Shown here one piece after another: positions 51,001 through 64,000 of a stretch of DNA of 64,000 nt; position 1 is the stretch's first letter; each line of letters begins with the position of its first letter. The stretch is taken from positions 8,189,403 to 8,253,402 of the forward strand of contig CM082587.2 of NCBI GenBank assembly GCA_040954595.2, in the 5' to 3' direction. This DNA comes from Balanoglossus misakiensis. Its lineage: Eukaryota; Animalia; Hemichordata. The notes under the pieces were generated by a model. It was not told the DNA's origin, made no database searches, and was given only the letters and a program-made list of their open reading frames with translations. Made by a program: the position numbers and the translations under genes.

Positions 51001-54000
51001 TGTATATTGAGTAACCCTGACCTCTTGGCTTGGGGGAATTCCCAAGCCAATGATCTGTTCGACTTGTTTTTTGTTATGTTGAAGTTCAGTGTATTGAGTG
51101 GTCTTGATCTTGAGACAAACAGTCTAATGTCCTAATGATCATGTGTTGGAAATAACATTTTTCCCAGGGCAAGCAAAAATAATGTAGATTTATTTTCACT
51201 TGTCAGTCATGTGATCTGTAACAATTACCACGGAAACCTGGAAAACGCCCTCTGTTTGATCTATCCTTTCAGTTACATCCAGGGTATCAGTAAATGTGAG
51301 CCCATCCTGTCTGACTCTGTCATATTTCACACTTAAATTGGTCATTTTTCAGCAATTCTAGCCTCTCAATCATTCAACCATGTTTTTCTGATGAAAATCG
51401 AACCGTATTTCTGTAGTTTTTTTTAATGTAAATCGAACCAATTACCTCCAATGTCATTTTCCTTCTCCTTTCCCAACATTTGACAAAATGACACTGTCTA
51501 ATAAATGCACTTTTTATTACTGTCTCTGTATATGTTATCTAGTAAATTTCAGATTTCAGTTGCAGAAAAATGACAGGTCTGTGGCTCAATTAGTGGGTTC
51601 AATTCTACCATATTCTTCTAGTTCTACTGCAATACTTGTACATTAAGCCATTACTCTGTTTGGAAAAAATATGGCAAAATGATTCTAATCAACATATCAA
51701 TGAAGCGATCACATTTGCTTTAAGGAAAGTCTTAAGATTTGTGTCATCAATTGTGAGAGTGCAGCCTATTTCAGTAAAAAAAGAAATAGTGTAAAGATTT
51801 TGTTATTTTTGTTACAATAACCAAACAATGATAAACATTCTGGTATCCTTGGATACAGAAAACTGTCTTGACAAAATTCTTAAATGGACCCTGGATAAGT
51901 ACCAGGTATTCACAATAGATTTCATTCCGTACATTGCGAGTTATTCTCTGTATGGTCTGCAGTTTCGATCTTCCAGTCACTGCCATGTGTAAAGATACTC
52001 AACTTCAACATCCAGACTGGTATGCCAAGTTTTTTCAATATGGGCGTCAAGAAGTAACTTACTAGCAGCCACACTGGATTACGTCGCTAAACAAAATATA
52101 CATACACCCATACATACATACAGACGCGACCAATCCCATAAGGCCCAATTATATACCAGTACATATACCGAATGGGACCTAACAAAAATGCATGATCTTC
52201 TAGTTCGTACTTTAATTTCGTATTTCTCAACTTTGAAACTGTTCAGGAAATGATGATGTGTAGAGAAATAAAATGGGTTTAGTGGCCACAACTGGATGCA
52301 TCTTGAAAACTAATTGACGTGCATTATGTGGGTTACAGATGTTCCCAATGTTGGAAGGAACTGGTTCAGGCCTACATACATAATGACTGCGGATGAACTG
52401 ATCCAGTGTTCAGAAAATGTTCAGATGAAGATATGTCAATTAAAGCTGCCGTAGTAGGCTTCCTTGCTTCTTAATGACAATAACTATACTCCTGTCTTTT
52501 TTTTCACCACAGGGAAAAGGTTCAAAGGGAGCATCTTTGATTATCATGTAATATTAGTTATGTGTTGGTTACAAAATGCCTTCGAATTTTTAACTTTTAA
52601 AAAGACAATGCAGAAAAGTTATATTAACTGTTTTTATGTCTTTAAACCAGCACTCTTGATTTCTCAATGGTTTCTATTCATATTCTGGTGAGATTGAAGC
52701 ACATTTGACAAAATCCTTTCATTGGTCAACAGTATTTGCCAAATTGAAAATTCTACTACTCAACAGTGAATTACGTTTTAAGGTAAATAATTACATAGAT
52801 ACTGGATAAATGACTTCATTTTTTTTGCTCGATCTCATGGAGGTGGAAGAAGCTATCCCTGTAGGTTGATCAATTAATCAAACATGGCCGACAACATGGC
52901 TCCTATCAACCTGTAATTCAAATGACAAGGGACCATTAATGTCCCCCGAGTCTACGTCTCTCCAAAGATCAAATATACCTTTTCCACATAACTCAACTTG
53001 AACCACTCTAACAGGAAATTATGGATTTCGATCCAAAACTGCTGTGCAGACATTATCCGTACGGCAAATTATCACTGAAACATTTTATTGTTCATTGCAA
53101 TTCTTCATTGTCATCTTACTTCTCACGGAAAGTACACAAATCAAACAGAATTATTATTTTATTTGCTCTAACAGTTACATGTACTAGACTGTTACAATAT
53201 TTCAATTTCTATGCCTTCAAAATATGCGTGGTTCGGATAACATGATTTTCAGAAATACCTTCGGTAGGAAGGAAATTTGTTTGTTTTCATTTTTTTTGTA
53301 TTTATCACATGTCTTTGGTTCATAGATGATGTCATATCATTGCAAGTCACACATGACTTTTCTTTTTCTTATTTTTTATCGCAGAACGTACATCTTATTT
53401 TAACTTCTGCATTGATGTACTGTAAAAAGTTTAGGGTAGGCAAGTTTAAAACAAGGTAGGTTTGGTTATCAGAACCACACAATTGTTTTCATAGGCCTAA
53501 TGTGTACAGAAATGCCAAGCCCCACACTGCCCCGCTGTATTCTGCTTCATTGGATTTTAAATAAAACTGTGTATATAATTGTGAAATTTTATACGAGGAT
53601 GACTTGCAAAATGGTACCAAAATATAATTTGAGAAGTGTGCTATGTTGTGACATTTCTGCCCCAGACTACAGCCTTGATAGTGCCAATACAATATGGCAT
53701 GCTTTTATCAAACACATGAACCTTGCAACAAGCTACAAATTACGGCCTTCTATCATTATCACTGATGCTCAACTGAAAGAGGGGCTGAAAGCCACTTCAT
53801 GAACTGAAAATTCATTTTTATTTGCAAGTTTGGCAATAAATGCACAACGTACTGTGCAGTCCTTTTTATAGCAATATAAATTATCTGCTATCTCAGTTCA
53901 ACTCAGTCAGACTGCAGTGGCAGCTCAAAGATACAATTGGTATGCCATCTGCGAAAACAATATAAGAAATGGAAAATATGATATTTGACATTATCACGAC

Positions 54001-55653
54001 GAAATAAAAAGTACAGAATACTTTCACATGTGTCTATTCCACCTATTTGAGTAATAAAGCAGTTGATGTGAATACACAAATATCAAGAACAACAATTTTT
54101 TGTACCCAGGCAATATCTTTTTAAGAATTACCGAACTCTATTTATTTATATAAACATGTCCTCATGAATATTCATGAGACGGTTGTTTGTGGTCACTATG
54201 ACAATGCCATTTTGAGGATGACCCTTTAATGCATAGTCAATTATCATTAATATATACAATTTTAAATTGATGCTGACAAGTAAAGTTGTTCCCAACTCAC
54301 AATGAAAAATTTGCTTTTGACCTGAATCAGCCTCTGCACAGGTGTTCATGCAGACAGAATTGATTACAGGCTTTGGGACGGCCGACAGTCCTTTTTTGGA
54401 ATGCGACTGGCATCTGTGGTCTCGTCAATTGACATGCAAAGTCCATCAAACTGAGACAATCCAGAATTTTACATCCACCGACAAATGACATATCGCACAG
54501 ATAACCCACCTACGACACAGAGTAATGTTTCAAATCAAAAGTGAGATTTCAAATGGGCCTGTCTTTCAACGGTGCTATGACAAGCCAAATCAGAAAATAA
54601 CAACAAGCAAGAACAGCAAAAAAAGCAAAACTTCGTATAACTACATGTAACTGCAAGCAACAAGAACTGTAAATTTAAATGAATTAAGATTAAAATGCAG
54701 TAGCTACATCAAAGCAATCCTAGCCAATATGTGAAAGTCTGAAAAAAAAATATTTTAAAGGGTAAAAGAACATACACATGTAGTCTGCACGTAAACCACA
54801 GACTATAGCTGCAGCACATTTTTTAACACAAATACCTGGTTTTAGGTCAGGTCAATGTTGGTGGAGATACTCTCAGTCATAAGAAAATAAATGAATGTCT
54901 TTCATTTGAAATGAAATGAAAGTAAAATCAATACGCATTTGGCACATTGTGCTTTAGGATAATCACCATCACAATACACCTCAAATCTCTCGAGTTTGTA
55001 CAGAACTACAACAGGCTTTCTTCGTAAAAAAACATTCATTGCATAATTTGTACATCAATCAATCAAATTTATGCAAACAGAAATGTGGCTTCTTTTTAAA
55101 AAAAAATTCCACTAAACCCCGCAGAAATATGAACTGCACTTATTAAAATATGCAAGTAATAGAGCGGTGATGAAAAACAGGCGGGTCTATGTAGGCACAT
55201 TATCCATGGGGTTACAATTTCGCCTTCAGCGAGTCAAACTCTATCATACGTGAATTGACACTTAATGTTACTATAAATATTCCTCCGACTAGAGCCAGTC
55301 TCCCAGGACAGCTACATACTTAACAGTCGCAGAAAATTTATCCATTTAGACGATATCAGCGACACATACAGCGAGTGCTTGGCGTAACACCTTGGAATTA
55401 ATTCATGTAATAACGCAGAGGGCAATAAATCAGACGGACTCACTGCAACCCTCAATGATTCTGTTTCTCTGTAAAGGAATCAACAGACAGAAACTACCTT
55501 TCTGCATGTCCCTGTGTCAGTAAAATGGTCACTGCACTGTTTGCTGTTCTCCATGCAACAAAAAATGAAAATATTTTACCTTAACATTTACCCTTATAGG
55601 AATGATGTGGGATTTTACTTACTAGATTACAGCTTGTTTGCAGTGTGCTGCTG

Positions 55654-55745
55654 CTCTCTCTCTCTGTCTCTGTCTGTCTGTCTCTCTGTCTCGCTCTGTC
55701 TGTCTGTCTCTCTCTTTCTCTCTGTCTCTCTCACTCTCTCTCACT
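55654..55745. repeat. (CT)n/(CTGT)n simple repeat
   Basis: Seen directly in the sequence. Confidence 0.9.
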
Positions 55746-58700
55746 CATTTGAAGAAGTTTTCACTTCATTATGTCTTTGGGTATTTCGATATAGTCATAT
55801 GACTTCAGTTTGATTGGTCAAATTTGCTATAAAATTCAGCAAGGCATCTTGTGAAATAGATAAGTATCATCTTGTTTAATCTGAACAAATCAAGAAGTGA
55901 TCAATATCATTTACATATTGAATAACCATGATGCAGCGATTTGTGAGTGTGATAGAAATTTTCATGCAGCAGGGGGAGATTTGAAAAGTTATTGAAAAAT
56001 ACAATCTGTGACTTGCATGACCTAGAGCGATGAAATCACTTCTGTATGTGGCAAAGTTGTTACAGAGTAATTACAAATGTCAACTCACTGCATCTATTGA
56101 GGCGTAAAAAGTGACAATTCTGATTACGGCTGGCTTCTTTCCGAAGACTCTACAGAAATTTGATCTTCCTCTGGCAGATTCTGACTATCAGAATGCATTC
56201 AAATCACAAAAGACAAAGTTGGAGAAATGCCTGATTTTTTTCGCAGCTGACCAATCTCTGTAATGACTGGACGGGGATCGAGATGAATCAAGTCAAAAAT
56301 GAGGCTACCTTGCCATGGCAACGACATCCAAAACATTAAGACTGAGTTTCAGCTACTATCGGACTGTTTCTAAAGATAGCGCTTTCCGAAAGAGCTTGAT
56401 AAAATCCTCTGAAGCTTGGATAAAGATAACAGAAGCTTTTTATCACATCATAGACTCATCCTCTTCATACCTGCGAAATTTACTGAAGCCTATAATGATG
56501 GTTAGACGCTACGTGTTGCTAAAAACCCGCCAGTTTGATGTGAACCACAAAAAGCTCCCTTACTGTTTTTGTTTTTTAATGGCAGAAGATAAATACAATG
56601 AAGCCATGTAGTTTCTTTGTTTATTGCAAGCCTGGCTTTGCAATATTCACATCTAACTCGCACTCAAATTTCAGTCTCACAATTTCAAAAGTGCTGGTTG
56701 CTAAAAATACATTACTTTTTCATTAAATACTGCAAAACAGGAAATTTTTGCGACAGGAAATTTTCGTGATATCAAAAGACCCAACTGTTACATGACTATT
56801 AATTTTTGCGTTCTCGTATTTTCACTACATCGTTTTCTCCGAAAAAACATCTTTGTGACTTTTTTATTTTCACATCTCTTGCGTAGTTTGCGAAAATTTA
56901 TCATTTTGTGAAAATGTCCTGTTTTATAGTACATGTAGTATATTCTACTGAAATATTAAAACTCAAGTCAAGAAAATCTTAAAATAATGAGGACATTATA
57001 AACATAAAACTATTTTTAGGATGCTAATTTTTTTTAGAAAGGGACAAATTAACATTAATTTACTGATATGTAACTATGTGCTATTAAGTGTCTGGAATAA
57101 TGTTACAGTTCATATCCTGAGATCATATTCCCTCAAGCACATACAAATAATTCCTGATTGCCTTACATGACCAGCGGCTGTTTCTTCGAAATAGCCCACA
57201 CTCATCTTGCACTTTTGAATTTTCATTGTTTCATTTCAGATCAGAAAGTGTCGTTCCCAAGGTTACCGCATCAAACGTCAGTGTTTTTCAAGTGGGCGAA
57301 AGATGCGTTCGCTTCATTTGAAATCATCATCTTGCACGCGCAGCACACGGTGAAATGAACAAACCATGTTTCCATCTGCTCATTTGCATGTTAAGTAGCC
57401 AGTCAGGGGAAGTCCATGTTAATTGGTCCATCAGGGAAAAGCTTAGGATGAAGAGCCAATGATCAACTATGCTGGATGCGTTCAATGTACACATCTCATA
57501 CACAGTACACAAGTCAAGCAAACAAGTCACAAAGTGAATAAAAAGCTGAGATCTAGGGCTAGCAGACCTTAGACCAATATCGCAAGATGTAAGCCGAGTT
57601 TTATTGGCGCTCAAAAAGTGATCTCTGCCTGAATCTGACTGTTAAGTCTAGCCACAGAAGATATCATCACACAATGCATGTTTAATGAGGCAAAGATGAA
57701 GTGTGGTCATCGATCTTCTAATAAACAGCTATCCAGAGACCAAATTGTCTCATTACCGCTGTCCAATATCTGTAGTCTGACATAGCGGTGGTACCATTAA
57801 TTTCATGTGCTTTATTACACAGGGGAAGCATAAAAAATTTAGACAATAACCGAGGAGAGCTCGGAGACTTGTTACACTTCCATTAATTATGCAGATTACA
57901 TTAATATGCAAGTAGCATCTGGTACGCAGAACAGGGTTGAGATGTTATGGTAGCTCTTTAGACAGTAGTACAATTTTTGCAGTTTGCACTCTGTCATTAG
58001 TGTCAAATTAATTATTTTATGTGTAAATTAAAATTATAGTTTGATTGTTGAGATGTCAGTGACCTTACAGGCAGAAGTCCATTATTTTCATCCCACATCA
58101 GAGATGTTAGTATTAGCGAACTTTTGAGAAAGAAGGAAAGTTCTTAGAAGAATACACAACGACAGTTTGATACAGAATATGTTAACCCTTTCACTACCTT
58201 GGTTTGGTCCAAATCATTTGACGTTGGACTTCAACAGGGAGGAAATGGGGGTGAAAGGGTTAAGCTGAGCCAACAAAACAATCAAATATATGAAAAGTAA
58301 GTGGTTTTTGTACTGGCTAATTAACTGTATGTCGATGGCTGCTGCAAAATTGTAAGGTGTTAAATGAGAAGAAAAAAAACAGAAAGATGAACGATATACT
58401 ATGATATTAGGTAACTTCATTGTTTTGATGATATAAATTTACAATTGAACATAGTAGAAAAAGCCAAACAGAACAGTGAGATGCTTCATTTCAATTCTGA
58501 TTCAACCCGACAGTTGATGGCTAAGATGAAGAAAATGATAGAAAGATAAAAAACCTACATTTGTGATGCACAGATGGGTCGACATGACTCCTTGCCTGTC
58601 CCATATCTACACTATTGAGTGCACAGAAACAGATAGGCAGCTCCCACACTCTGCAGTTCAAATGCAAGGCAGTGTTGTAGCTCGAGAATAGTGGCTGTCA

Positions 58701-61700
58701 AAATATTAGGCAGCAGTCGGTAGCAGAGACACAGTCAAGTGGTTGGCGAACACGACCGGTCAGTCAGCAGAGAATCACTTGGCCCACTGAGCATCCATCT
58801 AATGTACAAACGGATAGCCAGCTTTTACAGTATAAGCTGCTTAAAAATAGATGTGTAAAATAGCGTGGTAACACACTACACACACACTACTGCTTTTACG
58901 TTGTTATCAATATCAATTGTGTTCAGGCAAGCCTGAGTCTCACATGACATCATTATTCAAATGAGCATTTGCCTAAGCCTATCATTTGCAGCTTTCCAAT
59001 TTTCGACTCTATAGCCTCAACATATGCTTATTTTCATCTATGTCTTACGGTCTTTCTCTGTTTCCAAGAATTCACGTGAATCTCAGCCTTAGGAGGGAAA
59101 TTGTAACACTCACTTCCAGTCATATGTCAATTAAACATGGCTGCTGTTTCAAGTCTGGCACCAAACTACCAGTATTAATGTTAATACATACCAGTACAGA
59201 CTGACACATTAACGTCACTAATTGCAACCTACATGAATGAATGATCAGTGATATCTAAAAATAAATTATATCCATACCGGTACAAACTCTCTAGAATTTC
59301 TTGAATAAAATGTAGCCCTAGTCATTGTCAATAACATGGTCCCCAATGGTTTGGAAAAGACTGAAGGAAATCATAGTAGAATGAAATAAGGCATTTTTGC
59401 ACAATGCTTCTGACTGTGTTAGCCTGACATGCACACGTACACGTACATCTTAAGTGCACTGTACTGGTTATAGTTAGCTTGAATGAAAACAGTTGAAACT
59501 TTGATGCATTTGTGATAAATAGTTCTGCACACAAAAATTCTTAATAACAGTTTGCAATGGCACCATATTGGATCACATGACATCACGACATAAATTGAAA
59601 TACATTAAAGTGTATCATGTACATGTACATTGTACGCTGTTCTTGCAACAAGTTGTGAGTTATGTCATATTGGATCAAAAAAATTAATAACAAAATGGCT
59701 GCCTGGACTGTATGGCGACAAAGTCTGACTTCCATACATGTACGTCACAGTCCATGTACATTCTGTTTTCAACAAGTTTGACTAAAACGTTCAAGCATGT
59801 CTGCGTATATGGCTTCTGACATGAAAACCTGCAACAAAATGATCATCTGGTGGTCATACTGGATCATATGAGAACACTTATGCATATGTATCATGACTGT
59901 CTTTACAACAAGTTAGAATGGAGTCCATGCAAGTCTGATTATTTTCTCCAGATAAACAAACAACAGATCAACATCCATTAGCCCCACTGGACTTTGACTG
60001 GAGAGACAAAACCTTCATATTTTAATGGTCTACAAACAATTTGAACTGACTTACTGAAATATTATCATAATGCCCTGAAAATATAATTTTCATCAATTGT
60101 TCTTAATACATGATTTGTTCTTTTCATAGATGAATTTCATTATAATGTGCGATATTAATCTCTTGATTGCAGTAGTACTTTTTGTATTTCAAACCAAAAA
60201 TTGTTCACAGAATCTATCAGTTTACCATCTCATGATTACTCAACAATTTAATGATTTTATTTATTATGTATAGCCTGTACAATTCCACAAAATCATTAGT
60301 TGCTTCAGCAATCCAATATTTAGATACAAACGCAACATTAATGATGTAGTTGTTGGGCTGTTCAAGTTGGCATTACACTACATGTTATATACCAGTACTG
60401 TCAAAATTCATTTAATTTGATATAAAATCCTGCTTGACCTGAATATGTTTATCATGCTAGTAATCTACGAGGACAAATTTAGAAAGTGACCACATTTTCA
60501 ACTCTCTCATAAAATTTGCATGATGTGTCCTTAAGTTCAACTCTGCATATAATAGTACCATTTCAGTCAAACTTAGGCACATGACACGTCCATTTTTTAA
60601 TCTGACGCCAAAATAATAATACAAGATCCTAAACATGATTTCGCACAATTTTTATTTTTATCAGCCATAAGATGATATTTTGTTGATTCTCTCAAAATGG
60701 CAGGGATGTGGCTTATTATTAAAGTGTAGTGTGAAATTTTTTTTTTTTTCTTTTTCACAAGGCTCGGTAAATCACTACTATAGAAGACAGGTACCAGTTC
60801 CCATCTAGATAAAACTGAAACATACACTGGCTCAGTTCTGCTATAACTCTGTTCTGCTTCAGAGATTTTGTACAACTCAACCAAGTTGTTGCATTTATAC
60901 CAAGTATCACCACCATGACCAGTTATTCAACCCAACCTGATGTCACCTTACATTCACCTGAACTTTCCATATGACCGAACAGTTTGAGCTACAAATAACT
61001 TCAGTATCACCTTTCAGTGAGTTCAGTCATAGGTTCAGTTCAGTTCAATCCAAAAGAAGAGATAACGGAAAAATTTAGCTTAGTGCTGGCACTATTTTGC
61101 TGCAATGCCAGCATCGCGTAGTTCGCGAATATTTATCGCTCGCGAAAATTTTCCGTTTTACAGAACTACAGCTGCACTGCATCTTGGCTTCACAGCCAAA
61201 CTACTACTGGTAGTCTTAGTATATGTATACACAAAACAATTTATTCAATCAATCACCAGTTATAATGACAGCCTTATTTTGTAAAATAATTACACTTACT
61301 GTTTATTAGGCGTCTTATTTACTTGCCCTTACAAATATAGGACAGGATAAATAATTTATATAGCGCATGGCATTCACCAGTAATGCTCACTGGCGCTTTG
61401 CAATAGGTCACAGGTAAGCTGGCATGGTGAAATGAGTCTGAAGCTTTGATCTGAACGCATGAATACTTTGAGCTGATCAAATATGAGCCGGTAATTTGTT
61501 GCCTAGACCAGATAAACAGGAGAAGTGTCTGCCGCCATGCGATTTCAAGTGAGTTTGAGAAACTGTAAGAGTAGTTTGAAGGCTTGATCATAGAGATTAA
61601 ATGTGCTACAGTGGACGGATGTATACGTCTGAATATTCTGCATGTCGCTGTTGTATTTTCGACCAATCAGAAGGCAGAGAAGGATTATAGGCTCCTCAAT

Positions 61701-64000
61701 ATCTTAGCAACCAAAACAATTTGTTGGCAAACAAAATATATACTTTGAATAGTTTTCTTTTTGCCAATTTTATATGGTTCACATATTATCGTTTGACATA
61801 TTATCTGATATAATAGCAACATGGACATCGCACAGTTAGTAAACAAATATAACAATATGGGAGTGCTATATTAAGAAGTTTATATAACAATCAATCTTGC
61901 AGGACAGAAAAAGACCTAAACAAATGGCAACTATTACTTTTGACTAATAATATCAAGGTTTCTACATCCTGCTTTGAAGATAAGTGTGAATACATCTTAT
62001 CTGTGACTGACAAATCAATTCATCAAAATATATAAATTTGGGAGATTTATTTTTACAAGCAGAATCTAATCTTTTGTAATCAAGTTTGTTATCAGCAGAT
62101 TCAATCTTGAATTGTGGATTTTCAGTCGAATATAAAACCTGCTCCAGCAAAAAAAACGAGCAATGCTGCAGTCACTGATTGTGAAGTGGCCAATGAAAGC
62201 ACATAATCACCATTACCACAAGTGTATTACACATTGGATCCATAAAATTTGGCTATAGTATGACTGTCATAAAATGATCATCAACCACCCGAGGTGATAC
62301 TGCCATCAATCAGAGAAGCAACATGCAGTCTACGTAAAACATGGCGTCTGCTGTGAAATCAACTGTTGTAATCACATCATAATGTCTGAGTTACTGAAGA
62401 ATTAACACATTCAGCAAATCCAGCGAATATTTCCGCAAATCACACAAATTTAATACTAGAATTACTTCGAAAAGCAGCATGTGATTTTAAAAATCCTAGG
62501 CCACACAACACAACACAACACACCACACCACACCACAGCGGAAGACATTATATTTTATGTTACAGTATATTTGTCAACGTTTGCCTGAATTTTCAAACTC
62601 ACAATTTGCCAGAATCTATTTCAGCAACAAATAATCCTGGAGCAACGCTATTAATAGATAATCATATGATGAATACTGGTACATTCCTGCAATACATACA
62701 ATGCACGCATACATGCATGCACGTGTGCACACGCACACACACACATTTTACAGCTTTATATAATACAAAAAACATCTTCCTTTGCCATGGCCATATGTAT
62801 ACATGGCAAATGGGAGCTAATAAAATGTTGACTACGACAGTGATCAAATGTAAAAATGACTGGTACCACATTTAGGGCAGGGTTACCTCACTCTTTTTGG
62901 AAACATCTGGCATTACATCTGTATGTCTAGGCAGTACATATTACCATCTATACATCCACAAATCATTGTTCGAAAAAGTATTAAAACATGGTGTTTTGTC
63001 TTATACATAAACCTGCAGTGTTTGTTATTTGAATACAATATTTTAATATTATGACTTAAAATTGGTTCACCTAGTATTTTTTTCGTATCATATAGACTGC
63101 CACAACAGATAAATTGTGGTGTATTTTTGTGGGCACGAATTCTTATACACGTATACTACAAGACTGTAAATAATACTTGTTGTCAAAGCACATTTAACTG
63201 GGTCCGGGATTCTGAAATAAGTGCACACAGTATACATTTGATCATCAATCAAATAAGCTAACATTCATACATTATGAGCTAAGTGTTGACCTGGCACTAA
63301 AATCCAGGTAGGATAAAACTTATGAATATATATAATGTTATTTTCAAAATGAATTTCTAATATCATAAATTGTTTGTTTTATTATTCCTTTCCTCGATAC
63401 ACATTGTAATAAATTTGGAATTCATACATGTATACACAAATGGTGTAGTATGTTATCGATATTTGCAGATGGTGTACGGTTTAATACTGAACAATGTCAT
63501 TTGTTACAATGCATTTGATTACATCTAGTATTTCAGCAATGTCTTATATTAAATCTAAAATCTTTCTCAAGCTTTGTTCAACATTTTGCCAACATAAATT
63601 CTGATTGATATTGGTCTTATTGCAATATAGATTTTAATGTAGTACTGAACCGTTTGATATTTTTGTTTGAAATTTCTGGACGAAAAATATTTCAAGCTAT
63701 TTTAGGTATGAGATGATATCGCTGTATTACCTTACTCTTCATTTGGAAAATCTGCAGAAGTTGGTTAGTATTATGCAAAGGCAGAATTCAAATCTGGTGT
63801 CTGATGTCATCAATCAGATTTTCTTTCTGTAATAGATGTCTTGTTCAATTCAACCAACAATAATGTATAAACAGGTAAAACTACCAAAAGCATGATTGAT
63901 GCTGTCCCACGTAATGATGTTGATTCATCTTTACACAATTGTCCAGAATGATGCAAATGGAGAATGTTTTATAGTAACAAAAATAGCACTGCCAAATATG

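Noticed and set aside
48100-64000. Many 60-115 aa ORFs as a possible nested gene
   Set aside because: No recognisable domains or consistent exon chain, and the lengths are what AT-rich intron sequence yields by chance.

Overview
AT-rich, intron-containing animal genomic DNA. An invertebrate deuterostome such as a hemichordate is my inference from gene style and repeat content; the sequence does not prove it. Four protein-coding loci can be built from splice sites: (1) the 3' exons of an SLC22-family transporter (+, 2005-4389); (2) a complete 4-coding-exon GT29 sialyltransferase of ST6Gal type (+, 8877-11699); (3) an ACSF2-like acyl-CoA synthetase with an intronless CDS (+, 15012-16709); (4) a PLC-L/PRIP (PLCL1/2-like) gene on the minus strand with 27 visible coding exons (47784 down to 21123), whose 5' exon(s) I could not find in the window. 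The main finding is that this PLC-L orthologue keeps every PLC-delta1 catalytic residue I checked, including the second His that vertebrate 'inactive' PRIPs have lost, and it is intron-rich where the vertebrate genes are not. The rest is a satellite block, microsatellites, a decayed L1/Tx1 LINE and many short non-autonomous DNA transposons (piggyBac-, Kolobok-, Tc1/pogo- and Mutator-like).
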